Below, piece after piece: positions 13,239 through 25,393 of a stretch of DNA of 64,000 nt; positions within the stretch are counted from its first letter, which is position 1; the number at the start of each line of letters is the position of its first letter. The DNA is from the human T2T-CHM13v2.0 reference genome, Homo sapiens: NCBI RefSeq assembly GCF_009914755.1, contig NC_060942.1; one strand, 5' to 3'. The notes beneath the pieces are model-generated. The model saw nothing but the letters and a program-made list of their open reading frames with translations. It was not told the DNA's origin and searched no databases. The translations under genes were made by a program, and so were the position numbers.

Positions 13239-15299
13239 ATAGATTTTAGGTACCATCGTTCTTAGTTTACAGAAGCAGCAGAGATTGCCAAGCTAGAAAG
13301 AATTGGAGTTGAGATTGAGCCCAGGTCATGCCAGACCCACACTCACGACTTTTGTTATCCCATGTGGCCAGTGGGCTTGAGGTTTACCTCTTATCGGTTT
13401 TGAGGTCACTAAACAGTTTCCACTTCTATAAAATGTTATAAAAACACCTATGCCACAGAGCTGCCTGGAGGATTGAATGTGGCTAGATTTCACAACCCTT
13501 CCAAACTAAAACTACAAGAGACACCATCCTTGTTGTGAATTAGCAACTGCCACATGAAGGCTCTTGAAATGCCTGCCTTTTGTTAGAGCATCATTAGACA
13601 AGTTTTTATGTGAATATCCAATCACAACTCAGTGAACAGCATTTTGAGAACAGGGATTTGTTGTTAGAATGAATTTGTATTTTTATAGCATCCTATGCAC
13701 ATAATTGGTATTGAATGGATATTTATCTAAATGAATAAAATAGCATTTGAAAAGTTGTGAAGCATTCAATACTATTGATGTTATTCCCTGTGAACCTGTT
13801 GGAACAGAAGACAGGCTGGGAACAGCATATGTTGGTAATGATTTGGCTGCAAAAAGTGTGAGACTTTTTAATAAAACTGTACTAGACCACATTCTCTCCC
13901 ATGATGATATTTATGACATTTTAGGTAGCAGGAGAACAAGACTCTTGAAAGTAGAAATAATGGAACTAGAGATAGAACACAGAATTGGAAATGGATTTTT
14001 TAAAGAATGTGTGGCTAGGAAGGAGTCCCACTTGCTCTGTGATACATGCCTTTTTGTTGTGTACTAAGTCATCTGAGACTCTATAGAAGGAGCTTTTGTC
14101 CTTAGAAAGCAATTTTCAGTCAAGTTCCAAAATAATGTCAAACAATTATCTTTTTAAATACATGTTTATGTATTGTAATTAACTTTAGAATTGGTGTTTC
14201 TAATCCCCAGTGCCAAAGAAATTCCCTGGAAGTAAGTTAGTTATTTAGGGAAGGGCATTCATTCTGGGCCTGTAAATTTTATTTAAAATTGAGCCATCTT
14301 CCTGCTGTTTGTTTAACAGTCCCTGTGTTGTTTGCAGGAAAGTAATGCATCTCCCTAAATGCACCTAACTCACTATCAGCAAATGAGTTGGACACAAGGG
14401 CCTCGATATGTAATACCAAGAAGAAATTTGTATACATGAACACATGCCGACAGTGCAGAATTTTTTTAGAGCAAAGATGTATGTGATTTTGCCTTCTGGA
14501 GCTTCTCAGCCCAGGTTAACACCCATTCCATAGAGAGGGTACCTTGAAGCCTGCATGGAGGGATGCTGAGCAGAGAGACTCCACAACTGCTCCGATTTAT
14601 GGAGTACTTAAAAACTAATTAATTAATAGGGAGGTGGGGACAAAGGTTTTGTTTCATAATTCTGATTTATTGCAGACAGGGGATACACATAGAAGAGAAG
14701 AAAGCTGAGTATAGAATAGAATTTGAGGGATGCTCCCAAGTCCTGGAATCCCAAATTCCTTCCTTATTCCTTTGCCTTAGCTTCCAAATTGTCTACCATG
14801 AATATCATTCCTTTGGATAAGGTCCTCTTTCCTAAGAAAAAGTGATACAGAGGGCAGATTATAAAGTTTTTTTATCATGAAGTCCTGAATTGACCTGAAC
14901 CTGTTTCCTGTATAGTAGACACAGCGCTCTTTCAGACGGGTTCACACATTACATATATTTTTTTACATTAAAGTTTAGGATTAAAAATGGTGTGGGAGAA
15001 AGAGAACTGATCCAGTTGGGGAAGGATTCCACCCTGGGAAGCACGAGAGGCTCCCATGTGCCCAGAAGTGCATGGGGTACAACAATGGGAGAAAGTTGAG
15101 CAGCAAAGAAAAATTCGATTTCTTTAACAATTGTGGCTGGCTCAGAGGTTTCACATTCTTTTAAAATGACAATATATACTTCCAAAGAATGACTGTTGTA
15201 TCTTAATTGAGAGTGTTGCAAACGTAATGTAAGGCAGTGGGAATTCATATCATCTTTTAGTAGGAGGGTCAGTCATGACAGCAAATAACAGCCACACAC

Positions 15300-16200
15300 A
15301 ACCCCAGCCTAACTTCCTGGATTGCAGAATGCTCGCAAAACCAATTACAGCGGGCTGCGCCACATTACAGAATCCAAACGCTATAACCAATTGTTATAAA
15401 AAGAAAATTGAGCCACATGCTACAGTTTTTTTTTCCTTTCCATTAAATCATAACAGAGTATCTTTGGCCTAATGTCCCCTGTGAGACGGGTTGGGCTGAT
15501 TTGTGTAGAAATTCTCACTTGACAAGCAGCTGTGAAGGCAAGCTTGCCGGGTTGACAGGCAGAGCAGCGCACCATCCACCCAATAACTCAGGGACAAAAA
15601 GCAAATCAATAGACATAATATTGCAAAACACTGCAGCAGGATAAACACAGCTCTCACATCTATTTGATTTTTCTCCCTCATCTGTCAACACAATTGAGAA
15701 GTCGCACTTGCTAATTGTCTTCAATTGGCAGACTCCACCGACTTTGGCGCTGCGACACTGGTTGCCACAGTCTTTGCCGCTCGTAGTCGCTAGCCTGGCG
15801 TTCTTGGAAGCGGCCTCCATTTTGGGCGGGCTGCGTTCATCCGCACGACTTCTCTCTGTCTGGATGAGGCACAGTCTCCATTATGCAGTTCTCTCATCAT
15901 TAGCACCGACTGAAGAATCTGTGCCATGTTCTCTGTATCCAAAATATTTGAGGGAGGCAAAGAATCCCAGGAAGTCAATGAAAATGCGCTTCTATTGCCA
16001 GCTAGCATTTGCAACTGCCAGACTTCCTTGCATTCAAATTAGATTACCCAGCAGAGAAAGGACAGAGAGGGACTGGTTTCAAACTAAGCTTTCTTTTGTG
16101 ACTAAATGGCTGTGTTTAAAAAGAGGACACTTGATTCACTTTCTAAGAGGTCATGCACCATCAGCACCCTTGTTTGCCCCCTGGAAGATTGTAATGTCAT
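15300..16200. promoter_or_regulatory. Unique CpG-retaining element, candidate promoter/enhancer
   Basis: 13 CpG in 15703-15847; YY1-like CAAAATGGAGGC on minus (15813-15824); GGGCGGG 15824-15830; no recognisable repeat. Confidence 0.5.
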
Positions 16201-16840
16201 CCACAAAACTTTAAATTCCTTAAAGACACAACAGTGAGCCCCTTGTCCTCCATGCACCTAGCATAGCGCTCGGCAAAGAGTTGGGTCCTGACAAATACTG
16301 GCCATATTGACCCAGGGGTGCTAAAACTACACAGAAGAAAGGAATATTAGCCCGGGAGCTCAGGGGTCTGCAATTTTCTAGGAGGAGGGTAAGACACCTG
16401 TATCCTGCTGTTGCTAATATCCTGGTTTGGTGTTCAGGTATGGCACAATTCATCCCGTCTGTTTGGCGGTGGTTGTCCAAGGTGTCTTTGCAAAGTCATA
16501 AAGTAGATCTCTAAGAACTTAGCAAATAATCCAGGTATAACTGGCTTTATAGGTGAACCAGAAGTAGGCAGTCCTGGCATCCATGGTTAGAAGGTTAGCT
16601 GAACTCCCCCCATACCACCTTTCAAAGGCCTTCTCACTAACTGCCAGGGGTACTACTGGGAACTTTCCCTGCTCATGTATGTGCATCCTTCACACTCCTG
16701 GGGTCATGGAACAAGAACTGAATCTCCTCCACTTTGCAAATTAGTACCTCAAAACATTCAGTTCTCTCTTGGCTGCTTCACTTTTCTCAGACACCTTTGC
16801 CTCATGAGCTCATTCTCTCTTTCTCCTTCTATCTCTATCT

Positions 16841-16865
16841 ACACACGCACACACGCATGCACGCA

Positions 16866-16893
<28 letters not shown>
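16841..16893. repeat. (CA)n microsatellite with CG/TG variants
   Basis: Directly visible. Confidence 0.95.
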
Positions 16894-16896
<3 letters not shown>

Positions 16897-16897
16897 C

Positions 16898-17105
16898 CTC
16901 TTTATTACGGACAATTTCAAATATACCAAGTAGACAAATGTGTAAGTAACCTCCATGTATTCAAACCCAACTTCAGCCATATCAACTCATGGCTAACTTA
17001 TTGCACTGATTTTCCACTTTTCTTCTCTTACAGTGATATCATTGTGAAGCAAATCTCACATATCATATTATTTGCACATGTTTTAGTAGACTGTATATCT
17101 TTAGC
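16898..17105 (-). mobile_element. Old L1MC-type 3' end fragment
   Basis: 'aatttcaaatatacc...atcaactcatggctaac...gaagcaaatctca.atatcatatta'. Confidence 0.6.
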
Positions 17106-18244
17106 AAGTAATTAAGTAACATCTCCAAGAAACCTCTAAGCCCTTAGGGTTTTGGGCTTCCTGTTTTGTGCTTTCTTGATACCCTGCTTGCTCCCGACTA
17201 AAACGAAATTGTTAGTCTGGCTGTTTCCAGGTTGTCTCCCTTGCTCGATGATAGAACCACGGAAGCCTGAGCTCACCTAACAGATAGAAGCTCACAGAAT
17301 TGCATCGTGTTGAACAGATCAGCACCTCTTGTATGTACCACAGACTGCATGTCAATCCCCTAACAAGTAAAGTCACAAAGCCAAGTGAGTCAGCCCCTTT
17401 CCCAACTCCCTTTGAAGCAAACCATGCAGATAGTGTGAGAAAACAAATTACAGTGTGCTTTATACACTCTTGGTTCTTGAGTTTTTTGGTTTTTAAACTA
17501 GCCACTGTTTTAGTGCCTGGCCTTAAAGGCTGTGGGAATCACCAGCTCCATTTCCCAGCATCCTGCAGAGGACCTCATGTTTTCACACTTCTGATCCAGG
17601 CACTGACTTTTCCTGCCAGACAACACAGCTTTAGATTATAAAATCCCAGCCACTGAAACAAACTGCTGCCCATTTCCGTGTAGATTTCTCAGCTGCAGAA
17701 ATTATTGTCTTTTCAGACAGCACTCATACATTTTGTCAGTAAGTAGCCACCCTCAGCTTTCATTTTTGATGGTAAAATAATAGAGAGGAGGAAAAAATGG
17801 GTTTTATGAGTGTTCAAAGTTTTACATTGCAAGTCTGATTCCTAATTGTAATTTTCCTGGTCGTAATTCTCCTTAAGTTTTAATACATATAAAATGACTT
17901 GGCTATAAAATCACAGAGTGAAGAACAATTTTGATCTCCATGTTAAAATAACCATTTTCAGAATAATCAGGGAAGCCAAATGGTGGCTTTTATCTTAAAA
18001 GTTTTCATAGTGTCATTTTATGGAATAGAAAAGGTTGTCTTCAGACTGGAGACATCTGAAAAATAAAAATATATTTTTGTGCTTAAAAATCATTGATTTG
18101 AGACGGTTGTCCATGGGACAATTATGTAGAGAACCCTGGCATAGAAAAGAAATAATATGATTTTTTGAGACCTAGGTTCCAGTGAGGAATGTGCCACAAA
18201 ATAGCTCTGACCTTAAACCCTAAATTACCTTAGTTCCTTGGGTC

Positions 18245-18409
18245 GAGAGTTAACAGATAAAATAGAAGATGCCCAGTTAAGTTTAAATTTCAGATAAACA
18301 ATGACTACTTTCTTAGGATAAAAATGTCCCAAATGTCTCTAGGATAAATCTATCCTAAAAAATTGTTTCTATAATTGTATAATTTTACTTGCTAAATCTT
18401 GCAACTCTA
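18245..18409. mobile_element. MER53 (palindromic hAT MITE), internally deleted
   Basis: 'cagataaaatagaagatgcccagttaagtttaaatttcagataaacaa' ... 'gctaaatcttgcaactcta'; TSD cttgggtc (18237-18244) / cctgggtc (18410-18417). Confidence 0.85.
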
Positions 18410-20234
18410 CCTGGGTCTCATCGTCTTCAAAGCCCTGCAGCCCCATTCTTATCTATCCTTTTTGTTTTCCTTTATCAATTTACAATAAGTATTTTTGCTC
18501 ATCTGAATTTAACTGCTCTTTACGTTGTTAAAGAAATGCTATTTATATTTTCCCATTAATTTTGCAAAGGTGTTTTGAATATCATATTCTTCCTGAATAT
18601 AATAATTTCTGGATAAAAATCTCAGAATATTAGAATGTATATATTTCAAAACAAATGATCCCCAGTTGTTTCAAGGTTATAGAGTTGAAAACAAAGAAAG
18701 AACTAAACCCTTTCCTTTTATGATCATTTTCCCTTAAGTAAACACAGCGTTACTAGCATTACTAGGCTTGATATCCCTCCTCCTGCAATCCTAAGAACAG
18801 AAAGGTGATTTGAGCCCAATAATTATTAGTAAACTTCATGGTTAATAAGAGAACATAGATTCATGGCCAGAGTCTAGGGAAAAAAAAACAGCTTGGTACA
18901 TTAACTGCTTTTTTACTATTTAAACCATGAGGCTAGTTGGGTATTTGTTTACAAACAAGTTATACCTGAAAAAAAAGTTGGTCAATTTAAAAAAATACAA
19001 AAGACTGTGTTAACTTTTACAAGTAAGTTTGAATTTTATGGGTCTTACATTCCATCTGAGGCAGCCTATATTAGTGACACTTGTGATCAAGTATAAACTG
19101 TGCTCATATATAATGTCTTGAGAATTAAAGAATAAATAGCAAGATATTTTTTTAAGGCCTGATTCATAGTTTTCCTTATCCTCATGTATATTCTTTGTGA
19201 TTCTCTTTTAGTCAAAATTTATATCTTTAGTGTTTGGGCTTCTAATGAGCTATAGAACAGATTTTTTTCTTTGAAATCTGTATTTTTCACAAAGCTAATG
19301 GAAACCATATGTGATTGCACTAATTCTAGTCAAAAATTAAATATGTTTTTGTCTGTTTAGTCCTATTGGAGAGAACGTTATTGAGGCATCCTTGATCTTG
19401 TATTCTAAAGATTCAAAATGGAAATCTAAACCTCATCAGGACAGGTGGCAACTAACAAAGTCTTTCTTGAATTCTTAGTTTTAATGATATTTTAAATTCT
19501 GTCGGTACCTCAGGCAGAGAAGGATAAAAAACAAGCACAGTACTGATGGTGTATGAGTTAATGGGAAGATAACTGATAAAATTAAACCTTTGCAACCTGC
19601 TGAGCTAACCCAAACTTGCTAAGCTACTAGAACATTAATGAGTAAGAGATCTTAATTAAATTGTTTGTAATTAACTCTCCCAGGAGTAAAAAGTGTAAAA
19701 GTAGTGAAACTAGAATACCTGTGGCACCTAAATTCAATAAGAAAAGTAATTTCAACCCAAATGACATGCATAGATGTATATAAAATATATATGCATGCAT
19801 GTATATCAATGCCATACAAACTGTAGTGATTTATTTTCTCTTGAAATTTTTCCAAGCTACATTTTTAGAAGGTTGATATTAATATTTGTTATTTAGTGCA
19901 AATAATGCATTCTGTGTTGTCAGTGACAATGCTATGTCCTAAAATAAACCAGGGATTTCAATTAAAGGTACAATATTTTCTATGTAAATTTAATGAGATT
20001 TAGATCATCTGTGATCTAATTTGTCATAAGACAAATATACACACCGAAAATACCTGGTTAGGAAGGAGCAGCTATGTTTAACTATGTACCAAAATGATCT
20101 CTTGCTTTTCCAGGGGATCAATGCAGCCATTCTAAGGGCAGTCATGCAGTCCAACTCTATGGGTAGCCTGGTATGACCATGAGACAGGTGGACCATAACC
20201 GCTTGAGCCAACCAAACTTACAATATAATCTGAT

Positions 20235-20340
20235 TCATGAATGGCTTATTCATGAGCTCAGGCATTGCAAGAGGTGCTGAGATGCAAAGGTGCATAAGAC
20301 ACGGCCCCTAGTTTATGCACCTTGCAGTCTAGTGGAGTTA
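20235..20340 (-). mobile_element. L2 fragment
   Basis: 'caggcattg...ggtgctgagatgcaaaggtg...cttgcagtctagtgg'. Confidence 0.6.
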
Positions 20341-21444
20341 AGGGACAGAGGGTAAAAGTTTCAACCAAATGAGTTCAACTTCTTAGAGCTTATTTTCATT
20401 TCTGTGTTTCTTTTCACATTCCCATTGAAACTGCATGTGCTTATTACATGGAAACTTTAAAAACTTGATAAATTAAAATAAATGATAATATACATGAATG
20501 TATTTTATTAACTGTAAGACCCTAATGCAAATCTTAATATTACATAGGTGTGACCTGATCCACCCACACCATCTTTAATCTTGACACTGGGGTAGGCAAG
20601 TAGCCCTCAGACTTGCGTAAGCCTGATTATGTTTTAAGAAACAGAATATGGAACTGGCTGACTGGCCTGACATTGGTCCTCTTCCCACTTCTCACCACCT
20701 TTGCCAGAGTGAAATTCACATGGCCACCATCTTCACTGTCCAGGGAATCCTTTAATATCATCTCTGTTCTATTGAGGTCACTGGACTAGTCCTTAACGGA
20801 TATTTGAGAGTCAAGTGTGACCCTGGGGAGCCATGTCTTCTCCATTCATGTCATCATTACTTTTGATCACAGAGCTGCCTTTTGCATTCATTACCTGCTG
20901 GTTAAAGTAATGTTAAATTAGAGAGCAAAAAGTTCTTTGCAGATTTCAGGGCATCATTTCACTAATACAAGGAGCAGCTGACTCTCAGACAGCAAAAGAA
21001 GCAGCCTCCTCATCCTTCTCTTCCCTCCACTTCAACAGGTGAGCAATTCCCCTGTGCATTAGATCAGCTACTGACAAAACTTTTTGAGTTATTATTTTCT
21101 CGTAGCAAAGGAGACTCCAAGGTGAACTCCATGCTGCAGAGCTACATTCCATTTTATTTACTTACATTCACTCTCAAGTTTCAAGAGGGTGTGCGTCTCT
21201 ATAAAACCAGTATCTTGGTTGTCAGGGGTTTACAAGGCTTTTCTGCGTTCCAAGTTCACAAATTCCAAAATCTAGTCAAAAGCCTATGTTCCTCCATGAT
21301 TTTATATTCCTGGATCATCTTATCCCCAATCCTATGGTTTCCAGGCTGAAGTTTCAAGCTATTTTTTTCTCAATGTATTTTTCTCAGGAGGATCTTTTGC
21401 CCCTGTTGAGTGTTTAAACATTTCCCCACTTAGTTAATATACCC

Positions 21445-21560
21445 AACTCTGAATTCTTCCTCTATGAAATTGAGAAAAATATTTACTGACTCCATTGAGT
21501 TGTTGTGAGGTTGAGAGCCATCATCCATGTACAGTATTTGCAATGGTGTCTGCCCCTATC
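21445..21560 (+). mobile_element. MIR fragment
   Basis: 'ttcctctatgaaattgag...gagttgttgtgagg'. Confidence 0.6.
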
Positions 21561-22027
21561 AACCATTAATACCCTGCATTCATGTCTTTTGCATGTTTCT
21601 ATTTAGACATAAAGGCATACCTTGGAGATATTGTAGGTTCAGCTCCAGACCACCCCAATAAAGCTAATATCATAATAAAGCAAGGCACACAAATTCTCTG
21701 ATTTCCAAGTACATATAAAAGTTATGTTTTAACTATACTGTAGGCTACCAAATGTGCAATAACATTATGTCTAAAAAAATACATACCTTAATTTAAAATT
21801 ACTTTATTGCTAAAAAATTCTAATGATTATCTGAGCCTTCAGCTAATCACAATCTTTTGCTGATGGAGGCTCTTGCCATGATATTGATCATGGCTGACTG
21901 ATTAGGGTGATGGTTGCTGAAGGCTGGGGTGGCTGCCGCAATTTCTTAAAATAAGACAATGATTAAGTTTGCCACATTGATTGACTCTTCCTTTAATGAA
22001 AGATTTCTCTGTAGCATGAAATGCTAT

Positions 22028-23640
22028 TTAATAGCATTTTTCCAACAGTAGAATGTTTTTCAAAATTAAAATCAATCCTCTCAAAACTGCTATTGCTGTA
22101 TCAACTAAATTTATGTAATATTCCAAATCCTTTTTTGCCATTTCAACAATGTTCACAGCATCTTCCCCAGTAGATTCCATCTCAAGGAACCACTTCCTTT
22201 GCTCATCCATAAGAAGCAACTCTTCATCAGTAAAGTTTTATCATGGGATTGCAGCAATTCAGTCACATCTTCAGCCTGTACTTCTAATTCTAGCTTTCTT
22301 GCTATTTTTACCACATCTGCAATTTCTTCCTCCACTGAAGTCTTGAACCCTTCAAGGTTATCCATGAGGTTTGGAATATATTTCTTCCAAACTCCTGTTA
22401 ATGTTGATATTTTGACTTCCTCTCATGAATCACAAGTGTTCTTAATGGCATCTAGAATAATATATCTTTTCCAGAAGGTTTTAAACTTACTTTGCCAAGA
22501 TATATTAAAGGACTCACAATCTATGGCAGCTATAACCTTAAGAAATGTATTTATTAAGTAATAAGACTTAAAAGTCAAAATTGCTGCTTGATTCATGGGC
22601 TGTAGAATGGATGTTGTGTTAGCAGGCATGAAAACAACATTAATCTTCTTGTACATCTTGACATCTAGTTGACATCTAGTCAGCTCTTGGGTGCCTAAAT
22701 GCATTGTTAATGAGCAGTAATATTTTGAAAGGAATCTTTTTTACTGAGCAGTAGATCTCAACGGTGGGCTTAAAGATTCTGTAAACCATGCTGTGAACAG
22801 ATGTGATATTCTCCAGTCTTTGTTCTTCCATTTCTAGAGCACAAGCAAAGTAGATTTAGCATAACTCCTAAGGGCCCTGGGATTTCCAGAATAGTAAATG
22901 AACATTGGCTTCAACATAAAGTTACGAGCTGCATTAGCCCCTAACAAGAGGGTCAGCCTGTCCTTTGAAGCTTTGAAACCAGGCATTGACTTCTCCTTTC
23001 TGGCCATGAAAGTCCTATATGGCATCTTCTTCCAATAGAAGGCTGTTTTATTTACATTGAAAATCTATTGTTTACCTGTATCAAAACATCTTATGTACTC
23101 CATAAATACATACACCTACTATGTACAAAAATTTAAAATAAAAAAATTTACAAAAAGAAAATCTATTCTTTAGTGTAGCCACCTTCATCCATGATCTTAG
23201 CTAAATCTTCTGAATAACTTGCTGCAGCTCCTACATCAGCACTTGCTTCTTCACCTTGCACTTTTATGTTATGGAGATGGCTATTTTCCTTAAACCTCAT
23301 GAATCAACCTCAGCTAGCTTCCAGCTTTTCTTCTGCAGCTTCCTTACCTTTCTCAGGTTTCACTGAATTGAAAAGAGTTATAGCCTTATCTGGATTAGGC
23401 TTTGGCTTAAGAGAATTTTGAGACTGATTTGGTGTTCTATTCAGACCACTAAAATTTTCTCCATATCAACAATAAGCCTGTTTTGCTTTCTTGTCATTTG
23501 TGTTCCCTGGAGTAGCACTTTTCATTTTCTCCAAGAATGTTTTCTTTGCATTCACAACTTGACTAACTTTGGTGCAAGAAACTTAGCTTTAGGCCTATCT
23601 AATCTTTCCACATGCCTTCCTCATGAAGCTTAATCATTTC
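22028..23640 (-). pseudogene. Disrupted Tigger1 transposase
   Basis: ORF pieces 22834-23025 ([20 protein letters not shown]), 22423-22704 ([17 protein letters not shown]), 22153-22365 and 22028-22219; many frameshifts; upstream limit approximate. Confidence 0.88.
23075..23156 (+). mobile_element. 82-bp L1 3' terminus (L1MA1-3 like) inserted in Tigger1
   Basis: 'cctgtatcaaaacatcttatgtactccataaatacatacacctactatgtac' plus A tail; TSD gaaaatctattgttta (23059-23074) / gaaaatctattcttta (23157-23172). Confidence 0.88.
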
Positions 23641-24104
23641 TGTCTTTTGATGGAAAGTGAGAGATGTGTGACTCTTCCTTTAGAGGCCATTGTAGGGTTA
23701 TTAATAGGCCTAATTTCAATTTTATTGTGTCTCAGAGAATATGGAGGCCCAAAGAGAGGGAGAGAGATTGGGGAACAGACAGTCTGTGGAGCAGTCAGAA
23801 CACACACCACATTGATGGATTAAGCTCACCCACCATCTTATACAGGCCTGGTTCATGGCACCCAAAAACAGTTACAACAGTAACATCAAAGATCACTGAT
23901 CACAGACCATTAACAGATATAATAATGAAAAAGTTTGAAATATTGCAAGAATTATTAAAATGTGATACAGAGACACTCAGTGAACAAATGGCACTGATAG
24001 ACGTGCTCAACCCAGGGTTGTCACAAACCATCAATTTGTTAAAAAATTCAGTATCTGCAAAATGCAATAATATAAGGCACAATAAAATGAGGTGTTCCTG
24101 TGGT

Positions 24105-24586
24105 TGTGTAGTTGATATTTAGTGTGTCAACTTGACTGAACCATAGAGTGCCCAGGTATTTGGTTAAACATTATTTCTGGGTGTGGCTCTGAGGGTGTTT
24201 CTAGATAAGATTGAATCAGTATACTGATTAAAGCAAATTGTCCTCCCCATTGTTGGTAGACATCATCCAATCTGTTGAAGGTCTGCATAAAGTATAAGAC
24301 TAAGTAAGAAAGACTCTCCCTGCCTAACTGTCTTCAAGTGGAGACATGGATCTTCTCTTGCCTTCAGATTGGAAATCAGACTGGAACTTGTACTTTCAGC
24401 CCTCTTGGTTCTCAGGCCTTCAAGCTCAGACTTACAACTATATCATCAGCTCTCCTGGGTCTGGACTTCTCAGCTTCCATAATCTTGTGAGCCAATTCTT
24501 TGTAATACAGATGCTAATATACATAAATTATTTTTTAACATATGTCACCCCATTGGTTCTGTTTCTCTGGAGAACACTGAGAATAT
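24105..24586 (+). mobile_element. MLT2 (MLT2D-like) ERVL solo LTR
   Basis: 'gtgtcaacttgactg...tatttggttaaacattatttctgggtgtg' ... 'cccattggttctgtttctctggagaac'. Confidence 0.85.
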
Positions 24587-24869
24587 AATAGTGGAGATTT
24601 CCTCAGACTTTTGCATGAGTTCTTTATTATTATTACTGTAAATGTATTTTCCAGACAGTTGTAAAATCTTTGATCTTATTAATTTTTGAGTTTGACTTTG
24701 TAAGTTAAATATTTGTATGTAGTTACCTACATTTCTGAAGACTTCATCTTAGCATCTGTGGAGCTGAGCGAAGCAATTCTGGCACTTTTCTAATGACTTC
24801 TCTAGTTCATCATCCTGTATTTAACTTGTAAAAGAGAGTTTTTCCAATGATCTGCCCTCTGATTATTTT

Positions 24870-25393
24870 TTCTTTTCGCAAATTTTATCACACATAACAT
24901 ATATAAAGAAATGAGTCATAAGTGTTCACAAATTTAAAGTCAGCACACCTGCATCACAAACACCCAGATAAAGAAATTAAGAAGGAAAAATAAAAACAGA
25001 ATCCCAGAAGTCCCCTTGAGCCTGCCCTCAGGGTTACCACTCTTCTGACCTGTAACAGTCTAGATAACATGGCCTGGTTTTGAATTTCATATAAATATAA
25101 TCATACAACCATGTAGTCTTTTGAGTTTGACCTCTGCTGCTCAACATTATGCTTGTGAGATCCAGCCGTGCTGCTTGTAGCTTTGGCCTAGTAATTGTCA
25201 TTGTTGTAGAGTATTCCCTTGAATGAATTAACCACAATTCATTGATCCATTTACCTTTGATGCACTCTGGGTTTTGATTCCGTTTTTGATGGTTGTAAAT
25301 AGTGCTGACATGAACATTCACATAAATGTCTTTTGTGAATGTATGTGCCCATTGTTGCTGGATGACTGTCTAGGAGTGGAATTGCTAGGTTGC
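24870..25393 (-). mobile_element. L1ME-type fragment
   Basis: 'gaatttcatataaat.taatcataca', 'ctcaacattatgcttgtgagatcc' and 'ctaggagtggaattgctaggt'. Confidence 0.8.

Larger units (their letters stand above)
21612..24100 (-). mobile_element. Near full-length Tigger1 (TcMar-Tigger) DNA transposon
   Basis: Degenerate TIRs aaggcatacctt / gaggtgttcctg with TA on the left; ~2.4 kb; transposase remnants on minus. Confidence 0.95.

Noticed and set aside
13747-14067. 106-aa plus-strand ORF
   Set aside because: Non-ATG start, no recognisable homology or convincing exon boundaries
15708-16214. 168-aa plus-strand ORF over the CpG element
   Set aside because: TTG start and no recognisable domain; higher GC lowers stop frequency
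17385-17394. Single GTGAGTCAGC ARE/AP-1 motif
   Set aside because: Isolated short motif, expected by chance
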